Shown piece by piece: positions 9,890 through 19,350 of a stretch of DNA of 64,000 bases. A program made the position numbers and the translations under genes. Positions within the stretch are counted from its first letter, which is position 1, and the number at the start of each line of letters is the position of its first letter. This stretch comes from Gammaproteobacteria bacterium (lineage in GTDB: Bacteria > Pseudomonadota > Gammaproteobacteria > Xanthomonadales > SZUA-36): the NCBI GenBank assembly GCA_024277815.1, contig JAJRUM010000056.1, positions 19,592 through 83,591 on the forward strand, in the 5' to 3' direction. Below the pieces are notes generated by a model. It did not search any database. It had not been told where the DNA came from and worked only from the letters and a program-made list of their open reading frames with translations.

Positions 9890-11241
9890 TCGGCTTTTTC
9901 AAGCCCCCGCCCCACCGCGCAGCGGTGCCGAATGCGCATATCGATACGCACTACAAACGGCTCAGGTGGCAGGTTTATATCGGTATCTTTGTCGGCTATG
10001 CCGGTTACTACCTGGTCCGAAAGAACTTCTCCCTGGCCATGCCTTACCTGATAGAAGCGGGCTACTCACGAACCCAACTCGGTTTTGCCCTGTCGGGCGT
10101 CGCCATCGCTTACGGGCTTTCAAAGTTCATCATGGGCAGTGTTTCAGACCGCAGCAACGCACGTTATTTCATGGCCACCGGCCTGACCATGAGCGCGCTG
10201 GTCATGATCACCATGGGGTTGGTGCCTGCCGCCACCAGCAGTGTCGGGATTATGTTCGCACTGCTACTGGCCAATGGTTGGTTTCAGGGCATGGGTTGGC
10301 CACCCTGTGGCCGTACGATGGTGCACTGGTTCTCCTGCAGCGAACGCGGTACCCGGATGGCTTTCTGGAATGTGGCACACAATGTTGGCGGCGGGTTGGT
10401 CGGGCCACTGGCGATTCTGGCGATGGCCATATTTGCCGACTGGCATGCTATTTTGTATTTGCATGGCTTTGTAGCCTTGGCCATTGCGCTGTTTATCTGG
10501 ACGACCGTTCGTGATACCCCGCAGTCGCAGGGTTTGCCGCCCATCGAAGCCTACAAGAATGACTATCCAAAAGCATTTGCTTACGCCGAGGAGCATGAGC
10601 ACGAGTTCTCTGCACGGGATATATTTCTGCGATATGTACTGAACAACCGCCTGTTGTGGGCCATCGCCATCGCCAATGCATTTGTCTACCTGGTTCGCTA
10701 TGGCGTGCTGGACTGGGCACCGACCTACCTTGGTGAAGTCAAAGGCTTCTCTTTTACAGAATCCGGGTGGGCTTATGCCATGTACGAATGGGCCGGCATA
10801 CCCGGAACTCTGCTCTGCGGTTACCTGTCAGATAAGGTTTTTGGTGGGCGCCGTGCGCCTGCCAGCATTATTTACCTGCTGCTGACCTTGCTTTGCATCC
10901 TGGTCTACTGGCTAAACCCACCCGGAAACCCCGCTGTCGATATAACCATGCTGATTGGAATCGGCTTCCTGATCTACGGCCCGGTCATGCTCATTGGCGT
11001 GCACGCACTGGACCTGGTTCCCAAGAAGGCGGCCGGTACCGCGGCGGGGTTCACAGGGCTGTTTGGCTACGTGGGAGGCGCTGTCAGTGCAAATATTGTC
11101 ATCGGTATGCTGGTAGACCGGGCTGGTTGGGATGCCGGTTTTATGCTGATCACTGCAGCCTGCGTGATAGCGATTGCCCTGATCGCCATGACCTGGAACG
11201 CCGAGAAGCATTTTTTGGCTGGCACAGAACCCGGAAAATGA
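9886..11241 (+). CDS. glpT: Glycerol-3-phosphate transporter (MFS, organophosphate:Pi antiporter)
   Basis: 451 aa. The N-terminus [33 protein letters not shown] and [12 protein letters not shown] closely resemble E. coli GlpT. The profile is consistent with 12 TM segments. Confidence 0.9.
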   Translation: MIGFFKPPPHRAAVPNAHIDTHYKRLRWQVYIGIFVGYAGYYLVRKNFSLAMPYLIEAGYSRTQLGFALSGVAIAYGLSKFIMGSVSDRSNARYFMATGLTMSALVMITMGLVPAATSSVGIMFALLLANGWFQGMGWPPCGRTMVHWFSCSERGTRMAFWNVAHNVGGGLVGPLAILAMAIFADWHAILYLHGFVALAIALFIWTTVRDTPQSQGLPPIEAYKNDYPKAFAYAEEHEHEFSARDIFLRYVLNNRLLWAIAIANAFVYLVRYGVLDWAPTYLGEVKGFSFTESGWAYAMYEWAGIPGTLLCGYLSDKVFGGRRAPASIIYLLLTLLCILVYWLNPPGNPAVDITMLIGIGFLIYGPVMLIGVHALDLVPKKAAGTAAGFTGLFGYVGGAVSANIVIGMLVDRAGWDAGFMLITAACVIAIALIAMTWNAEKHFLAGTEPGK

Positions 11242-11253
11242 TACCTTAGCAAT

Positions 11254-13035
11254 ATGAATGAGGTTGTAAGCAAAATCGGTACACAAACAACCAGCGAGAT
11301 CACGTCCAGTGACGCGCAGGCCATTGCACGGACCATCCTGGATGGATTCGAAAAACACTATCACCGGTTCCGGGAATTCAGCAATGAGGCCATGACCTGT
11401 TTTGAGCGGGCCGACTGGGCACGGGTCGGTGAAGCCACCAAAGAGCGCATACTCGGTTACGAAACCCGGGTCACTGAAACGGTAGAAATACTGAATAAGC
11501 ACTTTCCAGGTGCAGCAAAGAATGCCCGGTGGTGGCCTGACATCAAGTCAGCCTATATCACCATAGTGATGAATCACCTTCAGTCTGAGTGTGCTGAAAC
11601 ATTTTATAATTCAGTAGCCTGCAGAGTTCTTCATAGAGATTACTATAATAACAGAAATATTTTCTGGCGGCCGGCATTGAGTGTCGAGCACCTGCACGGA
11701 TCCAGCCCGACTTATCGCAGCTATTACCCACCAACACACGGCTTACGCCGTTGCCTGCTGCAAATTCTGACCGGTTTTAACATCAACAACTCATTCCAGA
11801 ACCTGCGCCGCGACATACGCCGCCTTGAACAAACCATCATCAAGCACCGCGCCAAAACCTGGAAGGCACTCCCAAGCCACCAGATACAAGTACTGACTTC
11901 CTTGTTCTTCCGTAACAAGGCCGCTTATATCGTCTGCCGCATCATCAATGGCGACCGCACTCAGGCTTTGATTATTCCGCTGATGCAGGATAAGAGTGGC
12001 AAGGTGTTTGTTGACACCGCCCTGATGCGGGACAAGGACGTTGCCATTGTTTTCAGCTTTTCACGGGCTTACTTCATGGTCCACATGGAGGTTCCTTCCG
12101 CCTATGTGAACTTCCTGCTGTCCATCATGCCGGGCAAGTCGCAGGTTGATCTGTACGCGATGCTGGGCCTGCAGAAGCAGGCCAAAACCCTGTTCTACCG
12201 GGAAATGCAATTTCACCTGCGCCATTCCCAGGATAATTTCCAGATTGCGCCCGGTGTGCGCGGCATGGTTATGCTGGTGTTCACACTGCCCTCTTTTCCA
12301 TTCGTATTCAAGTTGATCAGGGACCGCTTCTACCCACCCAAAACCTCTTCACGCGAAGATGTGCAGGGTAAGTACCAACTGGTTAAGTTTCATGACCGGG
12401 TTGGCAGAATGGCCGATACGCTGGAATACTCCAATGTCGCCATTCCCCTCAATCGCATCGACCCCGCCTTGATGGATGAACTGAACGCAACGGCTGAAAG
12501 CTCACTTGAAATTGTCGGCGAGAACCTGATCATCGAGCATATCTATATCGAACGCCGCATGGAGCCGCTTGACCGCTACCTGGCACATGCCTCCTCACCG
12601 GCCATGCGACGCCGGGCAATTAGGGATTTCGGCCAGGCGATCCGGGATCTTGCCGGTGCGAATATCTTCCCGGGTGATATGTTGAAGAAAAACTTCGGTG
12701 TTACCAGGACAGAGCGTGTGGTGTTTTACGACTACGATGAAATCAGTTACATCACGGACTGCAATTTCCGCCATATTCCACCGGCACGCAGCTACGAGGA
12801 TGAAATTTCGGACACGCCCTGGTATTCAATCGGGCCACACGACGTGTTCCCGGAATCATTTGCACCGTTCTTCTTCGCCAACCAGCAGGATCTTGCGCTA
12901 TTCAAAGAAGATCATGCGGATTTATTGGAGGCAGATTGGTGGAACAGTATGAAAGAGGATATTCTCGCGGGCCGTCAGACTGACGTGTTCCCCTATCCCA
13001 TTAAACGCCGGTTTTCAGTTCGCTACGGGAGTTGA
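11254..13035 (+). CDS. aceK: Isocitrate dehydrogenase kinase/phosphatase
   Basis: 593 aa, collinear with E. coli AceK: FFRNKAAYIV, FSRAYFMV, GMVMLVFTLPSFPFVFKLIRDRF, KFHDRVGRMADT, YIERRM.PL, ANIFPGDML.KNFGVTR..RVVFYDYDEI, and a C-terminal RRFSVRYG. Confidence 0.95.
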   Translation: MNEVVSKIGTQTTSEITSSDAQAIARTILDGFEKHYHRFREFSNEAMTCFERADWARVGEATKERILGYETRVTETVEILNKHFPGAAKNARWWPDIKSAYITIVMNHLQSECAETFYNSVACRVLHRDYYNNRNIFWRPALSVEHLHGSSPTYRSYYPPTHGLRRCLLQILTGFNINNSFQNLRRDIRRLEQTIIKHRAKTWKALPSHQIQVLTSLFFRNKAAYIVCRIINGDRTQALIIPLMQDKSGKVFVDTALMRDKDVAIVFSFSRAYFMVHMEVPSAYVNFLLSIMPGKSQVDLYAMLGLQKQAKTLFYREMQFHLRHSQDNFQIAPGVRGMVMLVFTLPSFPFVFKLIRDRFYPPKTSSREDVQGKYQLVKFHDRVGRMADTLEYSNVAIPLNRIDPALMDELNATAESSLEIVGENLIIEHIYIERRMEPLDRYLAHASSPAMRRRAIRDFGQAIRDLAGANIFPGDMLKKNFGVTRTERVVFYDYDEISYITDCNFRHIPPARSYEDEISDTPWYSIGPHDVFPESFAPFFFANQQDLALFKEDHADLLEADWWNSMKEDILAGRQTDVFPYPIKRRFSVRYGS

Positions 13036-14095
13036 TCTGCAGAGGGTCATCGGCATCAAGGTGTTCCATGAACTGTTTGGTCCGGTCCAGGTTGGTGACC
13101 TGGTAGACCAGCCCCAGCCAGTTGTTGACCACAGCCTTGGCGGTGTCACCCCAGGTATTGTCCAGCGCGGCCTCCAACTGTGCTTCAAGTTGTTCAAGCC
13201 TTTCCGGCCCACCCACACCGCCTAAAGCCAGCTCAGCGACAATAGCTTTTGCGATTTTCTCAGCCTCAGCTGAGAAATAAAACTCAGGTAAAGGTGGCGG
13301 CTGCGACAGTTCCCCCGCTGCGTAACGCAACACTTCCCGCTTGTACTCCTTGAGCAGGCTGACGCGGTCGTATTCCGGGTGGCCCTGAAAATAGATGGTG
13401 CGAAACTGATCGGGACTGACGGCCATGTGCACCCCTCCCGCTTCACTCTCGACCAGTACGGTCAGGCCAGCACCTTCGAGTTGCTGCCGGGATATCTCAT
13501 TGTGACGTGAATGCGGCACATCAAAACGGGTATTGATATCGCGCAATAACGGGTGCCCAGGTCTGGAAATTCGATGGCTGTATACCCCCCAGCGTTTCTG
13601 TGGCAAAGGCTCGCGCTCAATACCATACAAATACTTCAGTAGCGCATGGGTTGCCAGGCAAGAGCATAAGGTCGATGCCACGTTTTGGTCTGCCCAGCGC
13701 ACCACCTCCATTAACGGCTCCCAGAACGACTCCTGTTCCAGGCTGGGATTGGCAACATTGGCACCGGTAATAATCAGCGCATCAAGCCCCTGCTTTTTGA
13801 TATCGGCAAAATTACAGTAGTAACGTTCGATATATTTCCGGCTGGCATCGCTGCGTGACAGTTCAGGTAGCGAGAACGGATACACATATAATTGTGCGAT
13901 GCGGTTGCAATTGCCCACCAGTCGGATGAACTGGCGCTCGGTGGCTTCCAGTGCCGCATCCGGCATCATGTTCAAAAAACCAATATGCAGTTCACGGATA
14001 TCCTGGTGAACTGCCCGATCCAGCGGCAGCACCTCATGACCCTGCTTGCGCAGGCGGGCGAAAGTTGGCAAATCAAGATGTTCTACAAGAGGCAT
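13001..14095 (-). CDS. metA: Homoserine O-acyltransferase, MetA family (long form)
   Basis: 364 aa. RELHIGFLNMMPD, IITGA, and a C-terminal NNWLGLVYQVT resembling E. coli TNWLNYYVYQIT. The 3' end overlaps the aceK 3' end by 35 nt. Confidence 0.85.
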   Translation of the reverse strand: MPLVEHLDLPTFARLRKQGHEVLPLDRAVHQDIRELHIGFLNMMPDAALEATERQFIRLVGNCNRIAQLYVYPFSLPELSRSDASRKYIERYYCNFADIKKQGLDALIITGANVANPSLEQESFWEPLMEVVRWADQNVASTLCSCLATHALLKYLYGIEREPLPQKRWGVYSHRISRPGHPLLRDINTRFDVPHSRHNEISRQQLEGAGLTVLVESEAGGVHMAVSPDQFRTIYFQGHPEYDRVSLLKEYKREVLRYAAGELSQPPPLPEFYFSAEAEKIAKAIVAELALGGVGGPERLEQLEAQLEAALDNTWGDTAKAVVNNWLGLVYQVTNLDRTKQFMEHLDADDPLQINSRSELKTGV

Positions 14096-14179
14096 GGCGA
14101 CACTTTAAGCGGATTACTGGATGAACAGGCGGCCGGGCGGTCAGGCCCAGCCTTGTTCTGGACGGATGGCTGAAAAAAT

Positions 14180-15259
14180 TCAGCCACGCGCAATAGATTT
14201 GCCTCTGGAACCAAGATCCTCACAGGCTTCCAGCAAGCGTGCCACAATACCTTCTTCACCAAGGCGCAAGTAGGCCCTTGGGTCATATTGCTTCTTGTAC
14301 GGCGTCCCATCTTCCGGGTCCACCTGGTATGCAAATGCCCGTGCGTGTTCGTGCACGAATTTTCCGACTGGTTTTGAGAATGCAAACTGGGTGTCGGTAT
14401 CGATGTTCATCTTGAACACGCCATAGCCTACGGCCTCGTGAATCTTGGCCTTTTCAGAACCGGATCCCCCGTGGAATACCAGGTGCAACGGGTTATTACC
14501 CGTGCCGCAGGTCTGTTGCACCAGTGCCTGTGAGTTTTTCAGAATCTCAGGCCGCAATTTCACGTTTCCTGGCTTGTAAACGCCATGCACATTGCCGAAT
14601 GATGCCGCCACCGAGAAATGACCAATGGGGTTCAGCAACTCATACGCCCGCAGAACGTCTTCAGGTTGCGTATACAGCTTGGAATTGTCGGCACCTTCTT
14701 CAAACTCACTGCCGATACCATCCTCTTCACCACCGGTGACACCCAGCTCGATTTCCAGCGACATGTCAATCTTTGCCATGCGCTCCAGCAAGCGTGCACT
14801 TTCGCTGAGATTAAAATCGATGGGGTCGGCAGAAAGATCCAGCATATGTGAGCTGTACAGTGGCTTGCCGTGTTGCTGGTAATATTTTTCACCCTCATCC
14901 AGCAGTGCCTCAATCCACGGGATCAGCGCTTTGTTGGCATGGTCGGTGTGCATGGCCACACAAATGCCGTAGTACTCGGCGAGCAGGTGCACATGTTGCG
15001 CTGCGGCAACGGAACCGACCACTTTCGCCTTAAAGGCATCCTTGATGCCACGGCCCGCGTAAAACTGGCCACCACTGTTGGACAGCTGAATAATGATGTC
15101 GGAATTGGCCTCTGCCGCTGCTTCCATAACCGCATTGATCGTGTTGGTGCCGGTAACATTAACTGCCGGTAGTGCATAGCCACCTGACTTGGCAGCTTCA
15201 ACCAGTGTCTTATAGCCTTCGCCGGTGACGACACCCGGCTTTAATGTGTTATCGCTCAT
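14180..15259 (-). CDS. fba: Fructose-bisphosphate aldolase, class II
   Basis: 359 aa. LPAVNVTGTNTINAVMEAAAE.., HTDHA, LVFHGGSG and IDTDTQ are class II FbaA signatures, and the length matches E. coli FbaA. Confidence 0.93.
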   Translation of the reverse strand: MSDNTLKPGVVTGEGYKTLVEAAKSGGYALPAVNVTGTNTINAVMEAAAEANSDIIIQLSNSGGQFYAGRGIKDAFKAKVVGSVAAAQHVHLLAEYYGICVAMHTDHANKALIPWIEALLDEGEKYYQQHGKPLYSSHMLDLSADPIDFNLSESARLLERMAKIDMSLEIELGVTGGEEDGIGSEFEEGADNSKLYTQPEDVLRAYELLNPIGHFSVAASFGNVHGVYKPGNVKLRPEILKNSQALVQQTCGTGNNPLHLVFHGGSGSEKAKIHEAVGYGVFKMNIDTDTQFAFSKPVGKFVHEHARAFAYQVDPEDGTPYKKQYDPRAYLRLGEEGIVARLLEACEDLGSRGKSIARG

Positions 15260-15464
15260 GGAAAGTTCCTCGGGTGAATAATGCCTTCCATTCTAGCGCT
15301 ATTGCATCGACCGCTGAAAGCCCCGAACCCGGAATATTTACACTCACGGGTCTAGTCTGGCGGGATGTGCCTTCCCTTCCTGCTCCGTGCTACAATTTTT
15401 CGGTCATATTCCTGATTGCAGTTTTTTTACTTCTGACCACACACAGCCCAGGAGAAAGCAACCT

Positions 15465-17654
15465 ATGCTTGAAAGCCGGAACCCGGTTGCAGATGCCTTC
15501 CGACGAATACTTCCCGCTATTTCGCCGATATTGCTTCTGGGCCTCAATGTTTTCATTTTCGGAACATTTCTGGTGTTCAATGAAAACCGGGGTGAATTCC
15601 TGGTTCCGTACACCACTGCCCTGTATCAATACTTTCTTCCTGGCCTGGCGATTACAGTAACAGCAGCGCTGCTGCTAACCGCTTTTGGTAAAAACGCGGG
15701 CCGCCATTTCAACGCGGTCGTCATATTGCTCGGTGTCATGACTTATATTCACGGCAACCTGTTGCTTTGGAATACAGGCATCCTGGACGGCTCACAGCTG
15801 GATTTCTCAGCAAGATGGCGCAGTGTAGTTGATGTGATGCTTTGGCTCACACTGGCGGGCCTGGCCATCAGACAACGTCATTGGCTGGCTGTTCAAGGCT
15901 GGAAAATTTGTACAGTCCTGATCGTGTTCCAGGTTATCGGTGTAGTTTCGGTCTACAACAGAAATTTCGAGAACCCAACTACTACAGAATTCTCTTTTCC
16001 CGGCGGACTGGCAGAGTTTTCCAGTGACAACAACGTAATACAGATAGTTCTTGATGGCTTCCAGGCAAGTATCTTTGAAGAAATCCTGAGTGAGCACCCG
16101 GACCTGAAGGCCTCCTTCCAGGGTTTTACTTTTTTCAGGGATACGACCACAACCACTGACGTTACCTATTTGAGCATACCCGCAGCCCTGACCGGTACAG
16201 CGTTCCTGAACAAGCAACCTATATCCAGATATCTGGAAACAACCTTGAAGGGTGACAACCTGTACAGTTTTCTTGCCGGCATGGGGTACGGTGTCGATGT
16301 GGCGACGCCACTCTGGTGGAACCCCCCACGCTCGTTCTTTACCAACTACTATCGCATTCCGACCCCTTACACCAATGAGAAAGAAGCACGCTTCAGCATG
16401 GCCATGCTGCTGCTCGATATATCTCTTTACCGGGCCATGCCACATTTCCTGAAGGACATGATCTACAGATCTGGCAGCTGGCTTTTGTCTGCCAAGCTGG
16501 TAGCAAATCCAGCCCGGCAATTTGAGCACTTTTCGCACAGCGCTTTTTTTACTGACCTGCAAAATAAGATGACCGTCGTGCCGGGCAAGCCAAAGTACAA
16601 GTTCATCCACCTGGTCAGCCCTCATCCTCCCTTTGTCTCAAAACAGGATTGTGAGTTTTCCGGGACCACACTTGAGTACAGCAAGAAAGCCTTTTTGCAG
16701 CAGTCGTTCTGCATTCTGCAGACAGTCGCTGCTTTCCTTGACCAGCTAAGGGCTGCGGGGATTTACGACAATTCTCTGCTGCTCATTCATGGGGATCATG
16801 GTGGTGGCGTTTCGTTCTCACTAACAGGGGAAAATGGGGGGAAAGTCAAAAGTTCCGAAGCCCTGTTCAATGTGTGGGGCAACCCCATCCCGCTGATGTT
16901 AGTCAAGCCACTCAATGCCACCGATGACTTTCAAATCTCCCAGAGACACGCCCAGCTATTGGATATACCTGCCACAGTCGCTCAGCAACTTGGCCACACC
17001 AGCATATTCCCAGGTAACTCAATGTTTGCAGAGTCCCCGAATGGTGATTCGAATCGCTACTACTATCACAGCTTAATGCACCGCAACGAAGCTGCCTCCA
17101 GGGACTCTTTTGATGAAATGACAACGCACAAGATCAGTGGAAGCGTCTACCAACTCTCATCATGGAAAGACCTCGGTTCTTACACGATACCGGTGGTTGA
17201 TGGTGCCAACAGCTATTTGTGGGGTACACGGATCAGCTTCGGCAAACGTGGCAATTCACGGCCGTTTCAAGTAACGGGTTGGGCTACGACCACCGCCGAT
17301 AAAATTCTGTGGACAGAAGGTAATGAAACCAGCCTTGCTATCCAGTTCCCGGAAGTGAGCAAGCCGGTGACCATGCGTGCGGTCGTCAAGCCCATGCTCG
17401 CCCCGGGGAAGCTGGACCATCAGAGAGTCATCGTTTACGTTGGTGAAGAAAAAGTGGGGGTGTGGTCCATCGGCACCAGTAAATTTCAAACCGTAGAGTT
17501 GGTCTTGAAACCAGAACTGTTTGCCAGGAGCGGCAACACGCTTATCAGTTTTAAGCTGCCGGATGCCCAATCACCCAAATCGCTCGGAGTTGGTAATGAC
17601 ATCCGTGATCTGGCTGTTGCCTTTTACTCCATCGAATTCGAGCAGTCAGACTAA
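15465..17654 (+). CDS. Polytopic membrane sulfatase-fold (alkaline-phosphatase superfamily) hydrolase/transferase, paralogue 1
   Basis: The start is set at ATG 15465, preceded by AGGAGA. About 5 N-terminal TM helices are followed by IVLDGFQ, TTTTTDVTYLSIPAALTG, HLVSPHPPF, LLIHGDHGG and a ~200-aa C-terminal beta-rich domain. No C/SxPxR formylglycine motif is present. Confidence 0.75.
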   Translation: MLESRNPVADAFRRILPAISPILLLGLNVFIFGTFLVFNENRGEFLVPYTTALYQYFLPGLAITVTAALLLTAFGKNAGRHFNAVVILLGVMTYIHGNLLLWNTGILDGSQLDFSARWRSVVDVMLWLTLAGLAIRQRHWLAVQGWKICTVLIVFQVIGVVSVYNRNFENPTTTEFSFPGGLAEFSSDNNVIQIVLDGFQASIFEEILSEHPDLKASFQGFTFFRDTTTTTDVTYLSIPAALTGTAFLNKQPISRYLETTLKGDNLYSFLAGMGYGVDVATPLWWNPPRSFFTNYYRIPTPYTNEKEARFSMAMLLLDISLYRAMPHFLKDMIYRSGSWLLSAKLVANPARQFEHFSHSAFFTDLQNKMTVVPGKPKYKFIHLVSPHPPFVSKQDCEFSGTTLEYSKKAFLQQSFCILQTVAAFLDQLRAAGIYDNSLLLIHGDHGGGVSFSLTGENGGKVKSSEALFNVWGNPIPLMLVKPLNATDDFQISQRHAQLLDIPATVAQQLGHTSIFPGNSMFAESPNGDSNRYYYHSLMHRNEAASRDSFDEMTTHKISGSVYQLSSWKDLGSYTIPVVDGANSYLWGTRISFGKRGNSRPFQVTGWATTTADKILWTEGNETSLAIQFPEVSKPVTMRAVVKPMLAPGKLDHQRVIVYVGEEKVGVWSIGTSKFQTVELVLKPELFARSGNTLISFKLPDAQSPKSLGVGNDIRDLAVAFYSIEFEQSD

Positions 17655-17680
17655 ACAGCACGCGGGGCTAAATACCTTGG

Positions 17681-19090
17681 TCAGAGCGATGATTTGACGC
17701 ACAAATATAACGTTCGGTCACCATTGTTCACTTCTTGCTGCTGAACTATCCTGAAATGCCTCGCCAGGTTTTCCTCCAGCGACTCACGGCTGTAATCCTG
17801 GTATTTGTCTTCCTTGTTGCGCAATAAGGTTTTGACCTTGTCATCCTTGCGCGAAACGTACTCGATCACCAGCCTGTCCGTCAGGCCGGCCAACCAGTCT
17901 ATGAACTCTGCCAATGGAATATTGGCCGTTATCACCACGTGGTGAATCAACGCCAGACACAACACCATGTCGGGCCGGCTGCGGGACTGTAAATCACCCC
18001 GTTCGCAATTCCGCCAGCCCCAATTTGGCGAAGGGTCTGCCACGTTTTGCAACAGTGGCAGAATATTATCCTGTGTATCTTTATCCAGGAATAATCGTTC
18101 CACAGCAACATGGTCGATATCCATGGCCAGCACCTGCCGGCACCCTGCAGCAGCAATACGCGAGAACTGACCGGTATTGCAGCCGATATCCCACACCACG
18201 GCGGGTTTCTCTGTCGCTATGGCAGCGCGAATAAATTTTTCTTTGCGGACATGGTCGTCTTCTGAATAATTATGAAACTCGCTGTAGTCACCCCACTCCG
18301 AACCGCTGGCTTCCCACTCAAGTTTCTGCACCAGTTTCTGCATTTTCCGCACATTTACAAGGATCAGTTCGCGGTTGAAGCCCGCAGATTTGAGGCTGGA
18401 ACGAACATTTTCTGATGACCCGCCATAACGTCGGTCCAGCTTGGCCTGCAACCAGACATGGCTCATCACGCCCTTGCGGAACCGGTCACGGAATCCAAAC
18501 AGTGCTGCTGCTGTCTGCACATCAATACCGTTGATGGCCGCACGCATGAAGGGCTGAAAATTGCAGCCTTTGTAGGCCTGCAGGAACAAGGGGAACAGGA
18601 ACATTTCACAAAACTGCCGGTAACCTGACCAGGGCTCGCCTTGTTGCAACGGCTCAAAAGACGGAATATCAATAAACACCGCTTTCCGGTCGACAAATTG
18701 CACGTTATAGGGCGTGGCGTCCTTCAGAGTGAAACCGCTGCTGACTGCCTGTTCAACCAGCTGTAATTGCAGGCTCGCCGCCGCCTTAAGCATGCTGAAG
18801 GTCCATTCGTACGGGTAACTGACCACTGGCACCGCATCATGCTCAAGGAATCCGGTCCACTGCGATTGAATCTCTTCCGGCAGCGGGTTCTCCTCAACTG
18901 CAACTTCCCGCGTACCGATGACCTTGCCTGATTCGGCCAGCCTTTGATAAAAAGGCTTTTGCCGCAGTTGCCGGTAGTTTTCAAGCGCTGACGCACTCAA
19001 GCCCCGAAATATTCGCTCCTGGTAGTGATATACGCGGCCGTCACGATCGCGGAATGAGCCAGCATTGACCGTTGCCTTTGGGTTACCCAT
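17681..19090 (-). CDS. Fusion protein: N-terminal kinase-like domain plus C-terminal class I SAM-dependent methyltransferase
   Basis: The start is set at ATG 19090 (MGNPKATVNAGSFRDRDGRVY). The C-terminal VVWDIGCNTGQFS...AMDID forms methyltransferase motifs I and II. The N-terminal half carries LKDATPYNVQFVDRKAVFIDIPSF, a DxxxxN...ID spacing like the catalytic loop and metal-binding Asp of APH/choline-kinase folds. Confidence 0.7.
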   Translation of the reverse strand: MGNPKATVNAGSFRDRDGRVYHYQERIFRGLSASALENYRQLRQKPFYQRLAESGKVIGTREVAVEENPLPEEIQSQWTGFLEHDAVPVVSYPYEWTFSMLKAAASLQLQLVEQAVSSGFTLKDATPYNVQFVDRKAVFIDIPSFEPLQQGEPWSGYRQFCEMFLFPLFLQAYKGCNFQPFMRAAINGIDVQTAAALFGFRDRFRKGVMSHVWLQAKLDRRYGGSSENVRSSLKSAGFNRELILVNVRKMQKLVQKLEWEASGSEWGDYSEFHNYSEDDHVRKEKFIRAAIATEKPAVVWDIGCNTGQFSRIAAAGCRQVLAMDIDHVAVERLFLDKDTQDNILPLLQNVADPSPNWGWRNCERGDLQSRSRPDMVLCLALIHHVVITANIPLAEFIDWLAGLTDRLVIEYVSRKDDKVKTLLRNKEDKYQDYSRESLEENLARHFRIVQQQEVNNGDRTLYLCVKSSL

Positions 19091-19097
19091 CAATGAT

Positions 19098-19301
19098 TCA
19101 GTCTGATCCGTCTTCAGGATCTTCCTTCTTTGCCGCGCCAAGCGCGACCCTCAGCTTATGCCAGTACAACTTGACCGCCACACCCACGGCAGCAACACCA
19201 CCGAGAATAACCTGCAACAGCATGCTGCCGGTGCCAGGATCAAGGTAGGCCACTGCGTCAGCGCACATTAACAGCAACAAAATGGTGATGAATATTCTCA
19301 T
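19098..19301 (-). CDS. 67-aa membrane peptide (signal-like N-terminus, YLDPGTGS motif, one TM helix, charged tail)
   Basis: MRIFITILLLLMCADAVAYLDPGTGSMLLQVILGGVAAVGVAVKLYWHKLRVALGAAKKEDPEDGSD. Its stop lies 7 nt before the methyltransferase ATG, and it sits 49 nt downstream of tadA on the same strand. Whether it is really coding is inferred from this position and from the hydrophobicity pattern only. Confidence 0.55.
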   Translation of the reverse strand: MRIFITILLLLMCADAVAYLDPGTGSMLLQVILGGVAAVGVAVKLYWHKLRVALGAAKKEDPEDGSD

Positions 19302-19350
19302 GGTGTTCAGTCTCTTCAAACAGCCCAACCGGGCCTGCAAGTGTTTTGGC

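Noticed and set aside
9849-10514. 221-aa plus-strand ORF overlapping the glpQ-like 3' end and glpT in another frame
   Set aside because: The GlpT frame is unmistakable. The alternative frame gives an Arg/Cys/His-rich sequence with no similarity to anything I recognise.
14169-14186. Hairpin ggctgaa-aaaa-ttcagcc straddling the fba stop codon, considered as an fba terminator
   Set aside because: The A/T run is in the loop rather than after the stem, and half of the stem is coding sequence. This is not convincing as an intrinsic terminator.
15807-16625. 272-aa minus-strand ORF inside sulfatase-fold paralogue 1
   Set aside because: It is antisense to a gene with clear ordered catalytic motifs. 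The translation is rich in Cys, Trp, His and Arg, shows no family resemblance, and has no Shine-Dalgarno or start context.
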